From Candidatus Dasytiphilus stammeri (GTDB taxonomy: Bacteria; Pseudomonadota; Gammaproteobacteria; Enterobacterales; Enterobacteriaceae): 64,000 bases of DNA. The notes beneath the pieces were generated by a model that saw only the letters and a program-made list of their open reading frames with translations, was not told the DNA's origin and ran no database searches. The position numbers were made by a program, and so were the translations under genes. Of this stretch, positions 1 through 11,148 are shown one piece after another. Every line of letters starts with the position of its first letter. The stretch's first letter is position 1. The DNA lies in the NCBI GenBank assembly GCA_045690005.1, contig CP145881.1:495036-559035 (forward strand), written 5' to 3'.

Positions 1-103
<103 letters not shown>

Positions 104-128
104 TTTGTTTTCATGGTGTAGGAATAAT

Positions 129-518
129 ATGGTAAAAACATCAACTAAAGTACGTAAACGAGTAAAAAAACAGATTTCCGATGCAGTAGCTCATATTCAT
201 GCTTCATTTAATAATACTATTGTTACTATTACTGACAGACAAGGTAATACATTAGCTTGGGCTACTTCTGGAGGATCAGGTTTTAGAGGTTCTAGAAAGT
301 CCACTCCATTTGCAGCACAGATAGCAGCTGAGCATTGTGCAGAAGCAGTAAAAGATTATGGAATTAAAAATCTAGAAGTTATGATTAATGGTCCTGGTCC
401 AGGACGTGAATCTAGCATTCGTGCCTTAAATGCTGCTGGATTTCGCATTATCAATATTATTGATGTGACACCTATCCCTCATAATGGTTGTCGTCCACCT
501 AAAAAAAGACGTGTCTAA
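129..518 (+). CDS. rpsK: 30S ribosomal protein S11
   Basis: ORF 105..518. Start moved to ATG 129 ([15 protein letters not shown]...), giving 129 aa as in E. coli. [20 protein letters not shown]...[15 protein letters not shown] is near-identical to S11. Confidence 0.96.
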   Translation: MVKTSTKVRKRVKKQISDAVAHIHASFNNTIVTITDRQGNTLAWATSGGSGFRGSRKSTPFAAQIAAEHCAEAVKDYGIKNLEVMINGPGPGRESSIRALNAAGFRIINIIDVTPIPHNGCRPPKKRRV

Positions 519-577
519 ACTAAAATTTATTATTTTAGCCGATATAGTATTACCTTATCAATTTGCTGGAGATAAAA

Positions 578-1198
578 ATGGCAAGATATTTAGGACCTAA
601 ACTAAAAATTAGTCGCCGTGAGGGTACTGATTTATTTTTAAAAACCGGTGTTAGGAGTATTGATTCTAAATGCAAAATTGATCGAATTCCCGGGCAGCAT
701 GGAACACGTAAATCACGTCTTTCTGATTATGGAATACAGTTACGTGAAAAACAAAAACTAAGACGCATATATGGTGTTCTAGAACGTCAGTTTCTTAATT
801 ATTATAAAAGAGCGGCTCGCCAAAAAGGTAATACTGGGGAAAACTTATTACTTATGCTTGAAGGACGTTTAGATAATGTTGTTTATCGTATGGGTTTTGC
901 AGCCACTCGTGCAGAAGCTCGACAATTGGTAAGTCATAAATTAGTACTAGTAAATAACTTAGTTGTAAATATAGCTTCTTATCAAATTAATCCTAATGAT
1001 ATTATTAGAATACGTGATAAAGCCAAACAACAATCTAGGATCCATGCAGCACTAGAACTATCTGAGCAACGTGAAAAGACTGCTTGGTTAGATGTGAATA
1101 TGTCTAAAATGGAAGGAATATTAAAATATTTACCAGATCGTACGGCTTTACCTAGAGATATTAATGAACACCTAATTGTTGAGCTGTACTCTAAATAA
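578..1198 (+). CDS. rpsD: 30S ribosomal protein S4
   Basis: ORF 563..1198. Start moved to ATG 578 ([10 protein letters not shown]...), giving 206 aa. Collinear with E. coli S4 through ...[12 protein letters not shown]. Confidence 0.96.
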   Translation: MARYLGPKLKISRREGTDLFLKTGVRSIDSKCKIDRIPGQHGTRKSRLSDYGIQLREKQKLRRIYGVLERQFLNYYKRAARQKGNTGENLLLMLEGRLDNVVYRMGFAATRAEARQLVSHKLVLVNNLVVNIASYQINPNDIIRIRDKAKQQSRIHAALELSEQREKTAWLDVNMSKMEGILKYLPDRTALPRDINEHLIVELYSK

Positions 1199-1229
1199 CG
1201 AATTTTTATAAAATATAAGAGAGGACAGA

Positions 1230-2219
1230 ATGCAGGGATATGTAACAGATCTTTTAAAACCTCAGTTAGTAAATATTGAGCAAAAGAGTCCTACACATGC
1301 AAGAGTCACTCTTGAACCATTAGAAAGAGGATTTGGACATACACTGGGGAATGCATTGCGACGAATTTTGCTATCTTCTTTACCTGGATATGCAGTAACA
1401 GAGGTCGAAATTGATGGGGTATTGCATGAATATAGTACTAAAGAAGGAATACAAGAAGACATATTAGAAATATTACTTAATCTTAAAGGATTAGCAATTA
1501 AAATTGAAAATAAAGAAAAGACGATTATTTCTATAAATAAATCTGGAATGGGTCCAGTAATAGCAGCTGATATTATTCATGATAATAATGTTGAAATTAT
1601 AAATCCTCAACATGTAATTTGTCATTTAACAAACGAAAATACCATTCTTGATATGCGTATTAAAGTTGAACTTGGTCGCGGTTATATCCCTGCTTCCGCT
1701 AGAACATATAATACTAGTAATAATGGTCGCACTATTGGTCGGTTATTATTAGATGCTTGTTACAGTCCTATAGAACGTATAGTTTATAATGTAGAAGCCG
1801 CTAGGGTTGAGCAACGCACTGATTTAGATAAATTGATTATTGAAATGGAAACTAATGGTACTATTGATCCTGAAGAAGCCATTAGACGTGCTGCTACGAT
1901 TTTAGCAGATCAATTAGAGGCATTTGTTGATTTACGTGATGTATGTAAGCCGGAAGTCAAAGAAGAAAAACCAGAACTTAATCCTATTTTATTACGGCCG
2001 GTTGATGATTTAGAATTAACTGTGAGATCTGCTAATTGTTTAAAAGCAGAAGCCGTACATTATATTGGTGATTTAGTACAACGTACAGAAGTGGAATTGC
2101 TTAAAACACCCAATTTAGGAAAAAAATCTCTTACTGAAATTAAAGATGTCTTAGCTTCTAGAGGACTTTCTTTAGGTATGCGTTTAGAAAATTGGCCTCC
2201 CTCTAAGATTAATGATTAA
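1230..2219 (+). CDS. rpoA: DNA-directed RNA polymerase subunit alpha
   Basis: 329 aa, [14 protein letters not shown]...[12 protein letters not shown]..., full-length match to RpoA. Position rpsD-rpoA-rplQ. Confidence 0.97.
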   Translation: MQGYVTDLLKPQLVNIEQKSPTHARVTLEPLERGFGHTLGNALRRILLSSLPGYAVTEVEIDGVLHEYSTKEGIQEDILEILLNLKGLAIKIENKEKTIISINKSGMGPVIAADIIHDNNVEIINPQHVICHLTNENTILDMRIKVELGRGYIPASARTYNTSNNGRTIGRLLLDACYSPIERIVYNVEAARVEQRTDLDKLIIEMETNGTIDPEEAIRRAATILADQLEAFVDLRDVCKPEVKEEKPELNPILLRPVDDLELTVRSANCLKAEAVHYIGDLVQRTEVELLKTPNLGKKSLTEIKDVLASRGLSLGMRLENWPPSKIND

Positions 2220-2236
2220 TAATAAAGGAAATAATT

Positions 2237-2647
2237 ATGCGTCATCGTAAAATTGGACGTAGATTAAATTGTAATGGTAGTCATCGCCGTGCCATATTTC
2301 GTAATATGACAGCTAGTTTAGTTTGCCATGAAAGAATTAAAACCACTTTAATAAAAGCTAAAGAATTGCGACGTATTATTGAACCATTAATCACTCTCTC
2401 TAAAATAGATAATACTGCTAACCGGCGGTTAGCATTTTCACGGATTCGTAATAATCAGGTACTACAAAAGTTATTTGATGAACTTGGACCGCGTTTTACT
2501 AAACGTCCTGGAGGATATACTCGTATCTTAAAATGTGGTTATCGACCTGGAGATAATGCTCCATTAGCATATCTAGAATTTATGGATAGAAAAATAACGA
2601 TTAAATTAAAACCATCTAGTAGTACTCTAAATAATAATATGAAATAG
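2237..2647 (+). CDS. rplQ: 50S ribosomal protein L17
   Basis: 136 aa, [24 protein letters not shown]...GGYTRILK. L17 signature and last gene of the alpha operon. Confidence 0.95.
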   Translation: MRHRKIGRRLNCNGSHRRAIFRNMTASLVCHERIKTTLIKAKELRRIIEPLITLSKIDNTANRRLAFSRIRNNQVLQKLFDELGPRFTKRPGGYTRILKCGYRPGDNAPLAYLEFMDRKITIKLKPSSSTLNNNMK

Positions 2648-2655
2648 ATAATCTT

Positions 2656-3105
2656 TTAAGAAGATGTTAGGTTTATAACTAATCTTACATTTATATCATG
2701 ATGTAAATGTAAAAATATTTCATGTTTTCCTATACTACGTAAAATCCCATCAGGTAAACGAATAGCATTTCGGGTGATTTGAATATCCTTTAAGTTAAGA
2801 GCATTAACTATGTCACGTGTGCCAATAGATCCGAATAATCGACCACTTTTACCAACTTTAGCTTTAATCTCAACTTCACCTATAGAATTAATTTTATCAG
2901 CTATTTTAAGAGCATTATTGAAACTTTCAAGTTTTTGTTTTTCTATTTCCCGGCAACGCATTTCAAAAGAATCTAAATTTTTTTTATTAGCAAGTACTGC
3001 CATACCTTGAGGAATTAAAAAATTTCGGGCATAACCCGCTTTAACATTAATTTTCTCACCAAAATTACCTAAATTTGTTACTTCTTTAAGTAAAATAATC
3101 TCCAT
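2656..3105 (-). CDS. rplI: 50S ribosomal protein L9
   Basis: 149 aa, MEIILLKEVTNLGNFGEKINVKAGYARNFLIPQG. L9 N-domain, downstream of rpsR. Confidence 0.95.
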   Translation of the reverse strand: MEIILLKEVTNLGNFGEKINVKAGYARNFLIPQGMAVLANKKNLDSFEMRCREIEKQKLESFNNALKIADKINSIGEVEIKAKVGKSGRLFGSIGTRDIVNALNLKDIQITRNAIRLPDGILRSIGKHEIFLHLHHDINVRLVINLTSS

Positions 3106-3127
3106 GAGATTAATCCTTAAATTAAAA

Positions 3128-3352
3128 TCATTGTTTATCAGAATAATGTAATAAAGATAAATAACGTGCCCTTTTTATGGCTCTAGCTAATTTTCTTTGA
3201 TATTTTGCAGAGGTTCCTGTAATGCGACTTGGAACAATTTTACCACTTTCAGTGATATAACTTTTAAGTGTAGCAATATCTTTATAATCAATTTCTTTAA
3301 TACCTTCTACCGTAAAACGACAGAACTTGCGTCGTCGCAAATAACGTGTCAT
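3128..3352 (-). CDS. rpsR: 30S ribosomal protein S18
   Basis: 74 aa, [20 protein letters not shown]...[30 protein letters not shown] Shine-Dalgarno lies upstream. Confidence 0.95.
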   Translation of the reverse strand: MTRYLRRRKFCRFTVEGIKEIDYKDIATLKSYITESGKIVPSRITGTSAKYQRKLARAIKRARYLSLLHYSDKQ

Positions 3353-3409
3353 TTATCTTTATCCTTAAATATAATCTATTTCATATGGAATATAATATTG
3401 TTTAACTAA

Positions 3410-3434
3410 ATTATCATCAATTATTGATGATAAT
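3410..3434. repeat. Perfect 25-nt palindrome (12-bp arms, 1-nt centre) in the rpsF-rpsR spacer
   Basis: attatcatcaat t attgatgataat, read directly. It sits where priB lies in E. coli. Confidence 0.8.
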
Positions 3435-3459
3435 AATCAAATGATTTTCTAGCAATAAT

Positions 3460-3840
3460 TTAAGCTTTAATACTTATTGAAATATCTTTATTATTGTTAG
3501 GTGGGACCCCATCACGTTTTTCTTCTGTACTGATTAAGGGAGAGGATTCTTTAATAGCATTTTTTACTTTAATAATTAGATTTCTAATAATAGCATCATT
3601 ATAGCGGAAATGATTTGCGATTTCACTTCTAATTGATTTAGAAATTTCTACATTCATCAGAATATAATGAGCTTTATGTAATTTTTTAATTGGATAAGCT
3701 AATTGACGTCGTCCCCAATCTTCTAAACGATGTATTTTACCTTGATTATTAATTACCATATTAGAGTAATTTTTAATAAATTCAGGAATTTTTTCACTCT
3801 GGTCAGGATGTACCATAAAAATTATTTCATAATGATGCAT
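3460..3840 (-). CDS. rpsF: 30S ribosomal protein S6
   Basis: 126 aa, [19 protein letters not shown]...[18 protein letters not shown]. First gene of the rpsF-(priB)-rpsR-rplI operon. Confidence 0.95.
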   Translation of the reverse strand: MHHYEIIFMVHPDQSEKIPEFIKNYSNMVINNQGKIHRLEDWGRRQLAYPIKKLHKAHYILMNVEISKSIRSEIANHFRYNDAIIRNLIIKVKNAIKESSPLISTEEKRDGVPPNNNKDISISIKA

Positions 3841-3961
3841 GATAATTTATTCCTAATACATTAGCATTTAAAATCTTAATAATACAGGAATTACGATATC
3901 TTTTAATTATATATAAATCAAATTCAAGAGTCACTAAATCTATAAAATATTCTTTTATTTC

Positions 3962-4702
3962 TTAAAAATGGCGTTGACGAACCGCTTCAAAAAGACAAAT
4001 ACCGGTTGCTACGGAAACATTGAGTGATGATATCCTACCCATAGTAGGAATACTAATCAACTCATTACAGTATTTACATATTAAATTTCTTATTCCTTTA
4101 AATTCCGATCCCATAACTAATGCAGTAGCTCCAATCATATTACTTTGATATAAATTATGTTTCGAGTGTTCAGTTGTACCTATTATCCAAATTTGATGTT
4201 CCTGTATAATACGTAATATACGACTAATATTTGTAACACTAAACAAAGCTATGTTTTCTGTAGCACCACATGCTACTTTTTTTACTATAGGACTATTGAC
4301 TTGTACTGAACGATCTTTAGGTATGATTACTGCATCTACTCCAGCCGCATTGGCACTTCTTAAACACGATCCTAGATTATATGGATCTGTAATCCTATCT
4401 AAAATTAAAATTAATGGGCTAGTTTTGTTTTTAATAAAAATTTTCAGATCTTTTTCTGAATAAATTGGTGCAGAATTAACTATAGCCATAATTCCTTGAT
4501 GAACTAATCCTCCAGTTTTACTATTCATCCATTTACGACTTACTTGTTTTATTAATATACGATGTTGTTCTAATAACCAAATGATATTTTTCAATCTTAA
4601 ATTAAATTCCCGACCCTTAATAATATATACCAATTGACATCTTTTAGGATTAGATTCGATAAATGCTTTTACTGCATGAATACCAAATATGATTTCTATC
4701 AT
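3962..4702 (-). CDS. rlmB: 23S rRNA (guanosine-2'-O)-methyltransferase RlmB (SpoU/TrmH family)
   Basis: 246 aa, IFGIHAVKAF...ILDRITDPYNLGSCLRSANAAGVDAVIIPKDRS...SLNVSVATGICLFEAVRQR. Collinear with E. coli RlmB, positioned between purA and rpsF. Confidence 0.9.
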   Translation of the reverse strand: MIEIIFGIHAVKAFIESNPKRCQLVYIIKGREFNLRLKNIIWLLEQHRILIKQVSRKWMNSKTGGLVHQGIMAIVNSAPIYSEKDLKIFIKNKTSPLILILDRITDPYNLGSCLRSANAAGVDAVIIPKDRSVQVNSPIVKKVACGATENIALFSVTNISRILRIIQEHQIWIIGTTEHSKHNLYQSNMIGATALVMGSEFKGIRNLICKYCNELISIPTMGRISSLNVSVATGICLFEAVRQRHF

Positions 4703-4752
4703 ATTAATTAATCATCATTTAATAATTAATACTTTAATTATCATGATTACTT

Positions 4753-6072
<1,320 letters not shown>

Positions 6073-6180
6073 TTAATAAAATGTTATTTTAACATCGCAA
6101 CTAATAATTTCAAAGTTACGCTTTTAAATAAATTATGATAAATCTTTTAAAGTAAGATATCTATTAATTTTGATAATGAA

Positions 6181-6257
6181 TGGTCGGCACGAGAGGATTT
6201 GAACCTCTGACCACTGACACCCCATGACAGTGCGCTACCAAACTGCGCTACGTGCCG
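6181..6257 (-). tRNA. tRNA-Pro (anticodon GGG)
   Basis: Reverse complement is CGGCACGTAGCGCAGTTTGGTAGCGCACTGTCATGGGGTGTCAGTGGTCAGAGGTTCAAATCCTCTCGTGCCGACCA. Near-identical to E. coli proL, with a compensatory change in the anticodon stem and an encoded CCA. Confidence 0.93.
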
Positions 6258-6283
6258 TTAGTTTGTACATTTATATAATAAAT

Positions 6284-6568
6284 TTAAATACGCATAAAAT
6301 CTATGTGAAGGATAATTGGCTTAAATGGATGAAATTGTATTTCTTGCACTTTTACCTGGTGATCATTGCCATCAATAATTAGTATTAATGATTGATAAAT
6401 AAATTCTTTTTGGTTCTTTAATTTCATTAAAATATTTTGATCTAATATGATTGATATAGGATCTTTGTTACCTCCATAGACAACAGCAGGTAATTGATTA
6501 TCTAACCGTAATTTACGGTTAGCACTCTTACTATGATTAGTATATTTAACTGCATGAATAGTTATCAT
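6284..6568 (-). CDS. rplY: 50S ribosomal protein L25
   Basis: 94 aa, ...RKLRLDNQLPAVVYGG...HPFKPIILHIDFMRI aligns with E. coli L25 (RRLRAANKFPAIIYGG...HPYKPKLQHIDFVRA). Confidence 0.9.
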   Translation of the reverse strand: MITIHAVKYTNHSKSANRKLRLDNQLPAVVYGGNKDPISIILDQNILMKLKNQKEFIYQSLILIIDGNDHQVKVQEIQFHPFKPIILHIDFMRI

Positions 6569-6660
6569 TATTAATATGATTCCAATATTATCATTATATA
6601 AAAATATTTAAATATTAATCTAGTCTAGATTAGATTTTAAAATGTGTCTAATATTTAATA

Positions 6661-7500
6661 TTATTGATTCTTTAACCAGGTGATTTCCTCTTTCCAAAGT
6701 ATCTGATTTGTTGTTTCTAAAATTAGAGGTATTCCATTGAACCGGTTATCACGCATAATCCAGCTAAAAACTGATTTACCAATATTACCTAAACCTAAAT
6801 TATGATGTCGATCGATTCTACTATTAAATCCACTTTTAGCATCATTAAGATGCATTCCACGTAAATAATTAAAACCAATTATTTTATCATATTTAATAAA
6901 AGTTCTTTCAAATTCTATTTGATTAGATAAATTATATCCTGCAGCGAATGCATGACAAGTATCAATACAGACTCCAATACGTGATTTATCTTCTATATTA
7001 CTAATAATAGCAGCTAGATGTTCAAAAAGAAAACCTAAATTACTTCCTTGACCGGCAGTATTTTCAATAACAAGAGTAACATTTTGTGTTTTATCTAGCG
7101 CAATATTTACAGATTCTGCAATACGTTTTAGGCAAGTTTCTTCGTCAATTTGTCGTAGAGGATTTCCTGGGTGAAAATTAAGTAATCTTAAGCCAAGTTG
7201 ATTACAAAGTTTAATTTCATCTATAAATGCTTCTCTATATTTTTCTAATTGTGTTTTTATTGGATGTCCTAGGTTAATCAAATAACTACTATGTGGCATA
7301 ATTTGTTCAGCACTAAAATTGTATTTGTTACATAATTTACGGAATCTCCTAATAGTTTCTTTAGAAAATGGAATGGAATGATGCCATCGTAGTGGATTTT
7401 TTAAAAATAGTGAAAATGCTGTAGCATTAAGTTTGTAAGCACGTAATACTGCTTGAGCTATACCACCCGCCGCACTAACATGAACTCCTATATATTTCAT
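6661..7500 (-). CDS. nfo: endonuclease IV
   Basis: 279 aa, [18 protein letters not shown]...; E. coli Nfo begins MKYIGAHVSAAGGL. Metal-site motifs such as LILETT and [12 protein letters not shown] are present. Confidence 0.93.
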   Translation of the reverse strand: MKYIGVHVSAAGGIAQAVLRAYKLNATAFSLFLKNPLRWHHSIPFSKETIRRFRKLCNKYNFSAEQIMPHSSYLINLGHPIKTQLEKYREAFIDEIKLCNQLGLRLLNFHPGNPLRQIDEETCLKRIAESVNIALDKTQNVTLVIENTAGQGSNLGFLFEHLAAIISNIEDKSRIGVCIDTCHAFAAGYNLSNQIEFERTFIKYDKIIGFNYLRGMHLNDAKSGFNSRIDRHHNLGLGNIGKSVFSWIMRDNRFNGIPLILETTNQILWKEEITWLKNQ

Positions 7501-7529
7501 ATAATGATTGAGTTATATTGTAAAATAAT

Positions 7530-7567
7530 ATTATTAAGCTTTAATCAGCAAATCAAAGCTTAATAAT
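7530..7567. repeat. Inverted repeat, 13-bp perfect arms and 12-nt spacer, in the nfo / ferredoxin-ORF divergent spacer
   Basis: attattaagcttt (7530-7542) pairs with aaagcttaataat (7555-7567), read directly. Confidence 0.8.
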
Positions 7568-7622
7568 TCATTAGAGATAGATTCTTCATATAAGATGAAC
7601 TGCAAAATTTAAATTAATTAAG

Positions 7623-7889
7623 ATGATTAATAAATTAGAATCCCTATTAACTAATAATACTATTACCGTAATTTATCAAGGTAAAAAATTTTTTGGAAAT
7701 AATCAACAAATCTTACTTGAACAACTAGAAGAAAATGGATTTAAAATTCCCTATTCTTGTCGTATAGGAATATGTGGTTATTGTCAATTGCGTCTTATCA
7801 AAGGTAAAATAAAACAGTCAAATAAGGTTATCAATCACAAGATTCTTTCGTGTTGTTCTATTCCAGCAACTAATATTGAATTAGAATAA
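7623..7889 (+). CDS. small plant-type [2Fe-2S] ferredoxin-domain protein (YfaE-like, or surviving C-terminal domain of YcbX)
   Basis: 88 aa with C-x4-C-x2-C...CC (YSCRIGICGYCQLRLIKGKI...ILSCCSIPATNIELE). Aligns with E. coli YfaE (YQCREGYCGSCRTRLVAGQV...ILPCCCRAKGDIEIE). Convergent with pyrD, as ycbX is in E. coli. Confidence 0.7.
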   Translation: MINKLESLLTNNTITVIYQGKKFFGNNQQILLEQLEENGFKIPYSCRIGICGYCQLRLIKGKIKQSNKVINHKILSCCSIPATNIELE

Positions 7890-7922
7890 AAGTAATTTAC
7901 TTAGATTTAATTTCAATAGTAT

Positions 7923-8933
7923 CTAAAGATACTTAAAGATATCTTCTAATAATTTTGGTCCTTTATATATTAATCCGGAATATATTTGTAATAGTTTTGC
8001 TCCAGCTAAAAGCTTTTCTTTGGCAGAAATTAAGCAATTAATACCACCTACACCAATAATAGGAATACGTTCTTGTAATTCCTGTGCTAAAATGCGTATA
8101 ATTTCTGTACTGCGAGAATGGAGTGGTAAACCACTTAAACCACCATATTCATTACTATATTTTAAATTAGTGATTAAAGATCGATCTATTGTAGTATTAG
8201 TAGCAATTACCCCATCTATATTATAACGTAGTAAACTATCAGAAATTTTAATTAATTCTGCTTTTGAAAGATCTGGAGAGATTTTTATAACTATTGGTAC
8301 ATATTTTTGATATTGATTTCTTAAATCTTCTTGTTTTTTTTTTATTGAAGAAAGCAGGTCTTCAAATAATTCTCCGTATTGTAAAGTGCGTAAATCTAAC
8401 GTATTAGGAGAAGAAATATTCATAGCAATATAACTAGCATATTGATAAATTTTATCCATACATATTAAATAATCTTCTTTAGCTCTTTCTATTGGTGTAG
8501 AGAGATTTTTACTAATATTGATACCTAGAATTCCTTTAAATTTCATTTTATTAATATTTTTAATTAGCTGATCTATACCATGATTATTCATTCCCATGCG
8601 ATTAATAAATCCCTCGGCCTCATTTATACGAAATAAACGTGGTTTTGGATTGCCTAATTGTGGTTGAGGCGTCACTGTACCGATTTCAATATAACCAAAT
8701 CCTAAAGCCGCTAAAGCATCAATATATTCACCATTTTTATCTAAGCCAGCTGCTACTCCTATAGGATTTTTAAAATTCATTCCCATACAATATGTTGGTT
8801 TTACCAAATTGGGTAAATTTATTAAATATTTTAAGGGAGTAATAGTTAGAAATTTAATATAATTACATACTAAATAATGTACAAATTCAGGTTCAAATTT
8901 AAATAGTAAATTTCTAACTAGGTGATATAACAT
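7923..8933 (-). CDS. pyrD: dihydroorotate dehydrogenase (quinone), class 2
   Basis: 336 aa with typical PyrD motifs [27 protein letters not shown] and GGLSGLPL. Confidence 0.94.
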   Translation of the reverse strand: MLYHLVRNLLFKFEPEFVHYLVCNYIKFLTITPLKYLINLPNLVKPTYCMGMNFKNPIGVAAGLDKNGEYIDALAALGFGYIEIGTVTPQPQLGNPKPRLFRINEAEGFINRMGMNNHGIDQLIKNINKMKFKGILGINISKNLSTPIERAKEDYLICMDKIYQYASYIAMNISSPNTLDLRTLQYGELFEDLLSSIKKKQEDLRNQYQKYVPIVIKISPDLSKAELIKISDSLLRYNIDGVIATNTTIDRSLITNLKYSNEYGGLSGLPLHSRSTEIIRILAQELQERIPIIGVGGINCLISAKEKLLAGAKLLQIYSGLIYKGPKLLEDIFKYL

Positions 8934-9048
8934 ATATACTCTATTATGATATTATGATGAATTAATATTATAACGATATTATTATAATAGTAATAGAATA
9001 ATATTCTATTAATGATAGAATCATATAGATAAATAATGAGAATAATAT

Positions 9049-10449
9049 ATGAAAATCCTCTCTATTGTTGAGATACTTAATGGTAATTTATATTTAAATA
9101 GTCAAATAACAGTTAGAGGTTGGGTACGTACGAGAAGAGATTCTAAATTAGGTATTTCATTTATTTCAATCTATGATGGTTCTTGTTTAAATAATCTTCA
9201 AGTTATTGCCAATAATTCCCTATATAATTATCAAAATGAGATACTTAGACTATCATCTGGATGTTCTATAATAGTTACGGGTAAGATTGTTATCTCTTCA
9301 GGAAAAAAACAACAAATAGAAATCGCATCTACTAATATAAAAGTTATAGGATGGGTTGACGATGCGAATACTTATCCAATAGCAGCTAAAAGGCACTCTT
9401 TAGAATTTCTACGTGAAGTAATTCATTTACGTCCTCGTACTTATTTAATAAGCGCAATATCACGTGTACGTCATACAATTGCGCAAGCAATTCACAGTTT
9501 TTTTCATGAAAATGGATATATTTGGATTCCAACGCCTATAATTACAGCTTATGATACTGAAGGGATTAAAGATCGATTTCGTATTTCAACTTTCGATCTC
9601 AATAAATTACCTCATAATAATATAAAAAATATTGATTTTCATAATGATTTTTTTGGTAAAGAAACATTCTTAACTGGAAGTGGTCAGTTACATGCCGAAA
9701 GCTATGCTTGCGCCTTAACAAAAGTTTACACTTTTGGTCCAACTTTTCGTGCCGAGCCTTCTAATACTAGCCGCCATCTAGCAGAATTTTGGATGATTGA
9801 ACCAGAAGTAGCATTTGCTACATTACATGACATTATAATTCTAGCTGAAAATCTATTAAAGTTTATTTTTAAAATAGTATTAATCGAACGTGCCGATGAT
9901 ATGGATTTTTTTGCGGAGCGTATAGATAAAGATATTATTTATCGTTTAGAAAAATTTATAAGTAGTCGTCTAATTATATTAGATTACTCTGAAGCTATTA
10001 ATATACTTTTATTAAGCCAAGAAAATTTTGAAAATCCAGTATTTTGGGGTATAGATTTATCATCGGAACATGAGCGTTTCTTAGTGCAACATTATTTGAA
10101 TGTTCCTATTGTAGTTAAAAACTATCCCAAAAATATTAAGGCATTTTATATGCGTATAAATGATGATGCAAAAACTGTTGCATCTATGGACATTCTTTTT
10201 CCTGGAATTGGGGAAATTATTGGTGGTTCACAACGTGAAGAACGTCTTCATCTTCTAGATGAACGGATTAATGATATGGGATTAAATAAAGAAGAGTACA
10301 GTTGGTATCGTGATTTACGACGTTATGGCACGGTTCCCCATTCAGGTTTTGGTTTAGGTTTGGAAAGGTTAATCGCCTATATTACCGGAATACAAAATAT
10401 AAAAGATCTAATTCCATTTCCTAGAACTCCTAAAAATGCCATTTTATGA
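9049..10449 (+). CDS. asnS: asparagine--tRNA ligase
   Basis: 466 aa (same length as E. coli). Class II motifs [26 protein letters not shown] and [12 protein letters not shown]. Confidence 0.95.
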   Translation: MKILSIVEILNGNLYLNSQITVRGWVRTRRDSKLGISFISIYDGSCLNNLQVIANNSLYNYQNEILRLSSGCSIIVTGKIVISSGKKQQIEIASTNIKVIGWVDDANTYPIAAKRHSLEFLREVIHLRPRTYLISAISRVRHTIAQAIHSFFHENGYIWIPTPIITAYDTEGIKDRFRISTFDLNKLPHNNIKNIDFHNDFFGKETFLTGSGQLHAESYACALTKVYTFGPTFRAEPSNTSRHLAEFWMIEPEVAFATLHDIIILAENLLKFIFKIVLIERADDMDFFAERIDKDIIYRLEKFISSRLIILDYSEAINILLLSQENFENPVFWGIDLSSEHERFLVQHYLNVPIVVKNYPKNIKAFYMRINDDAKTVASMDILFPGIGEIIGGSQREERLHLLDERINDMGLNKEEYSWYRDLRRYGTVPHSGFGLGLERLIAYITGIQNIKDLIPFPRTPKNAIL

Positions 10450-10482
10450 AGTTATAATAAGAACATTGTAGGGTTTTTACTA

Positions 10483-10511
10483 TTGACACTTATAGTAATG
10501 GACCTTAATAT
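10483..10511 (+). promoter_or_regulatory. Sigma-70-type promoter for tRNA-Asn
   Basis: TTGACA (10483-10488), exactly 17 nt, then TAATAT (10506-10511). The tRNA starts about 24 nt downstream. Confidence 0.55.
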
Positions 10512-10534
10512 TGGTTTTATTAAATTGAGTAAAA

Positions 10535-10610
10535 TCCTCTGTAGTTCAGTTGGTAGAACGGCGGACTGTTAATCCGCATGTCACTGGTTCGAGTCCAGTC
10601 AGAGGAGCCA
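10535..10610 (+). tRNA. tRNA-Asn (anticodon GUU)
   Basis: TCCTCTGTAGTTCAGTTGGTAGAACGGCGGACTGTTAATCCGCATGTCACTGGTTCGAGTCCAGTCAGAGGAGCCA, almost identical to E. coli tRNA-Asn. Confidence 0.95.
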
Positions 10611-10621
10611 CTACTGCTTAC

Positions 10622-11128
10622 TTATTTCCTTAGCTTAAAAATATTAAAATAACAATTATGAGTATTCATTTTATCTGCTTCATGGAATTCTCTAAATGTA
10701 CATACCCATTTCTTAGAGTCGATTTTAGGAAAATATGCATTTCCCTCTATATTTAGATCTATAGAGGTAATATAAAGACAATGAGCATAATCTAGCATCT
10801 GGCTATAAATGCTAGCTCCACCAATTACCATAATTTCTGCAAGATTTAAAGAATCTGCAAAACTAATAGCTTTATTAATAGAATTAACCCAAATAACATT
10901 ATTAGAGCTCTTATAATAATAAGAATTATTAACATTACTGATAATAATATTTACTCTTTCTGGGAGAGGTTTTTGATTAATTGATTCCCATGTATAACGA
11001 CCCATAATTACTGGTTTATATAACGTATGTTTTTTAAACCATGCACGATCTATGGGTAAATACCAAGGTATGGTATTATTATTACCAATAACATGATTAC
11101 TCGCTATAGCTACAATTAAACTAATCAT
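10622..11128 (-). CDS. folA: dihydrofolate reductase
   Basis: 168 aa, MISLIVAIASNHVIGNNNTIPWYLPIDRAWFKKHTL..PVIMGRYTWESI. Classic FolA N-terminus. Confidence 0.93.
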   Translation of the reverse strand: MISLIVAIASNHVIGNNNTIPWYLPIDRAWFKKHTLYKPVIMGRYTWESINQKPLPERVNIIISNVNNSYYYKSSNNVIWVNSINKAISFADSLNLAEIMVIGGASIYSQMLDYAHCLYITSIDLNIEGNAYFPKIDSKKWVCTFREFHEADKMNTHNCYFNIFKLRK

Positions 11129-11148
11129 TGATTATCTCATATATTCTT

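Noticed and set aside
105-128. N-terminal extensions suggested by the ORF track for rpsK (105), rpsD (563), purA (6066), xseA (31314, TTG), ompA (35530), djlA (44792, TTG), rsmH (45883) and hisS (26508).
   Set aside because: Alignment to the E. coli proteins places the conserved N-terminus at an internal start. That start reproduces the E. coli length exactly or within 1-2 residues for seven of the eight genes. ompA is longer overall (363 vs 346 aa) and was placed by its signal-peptide match. The extensions have no homology.
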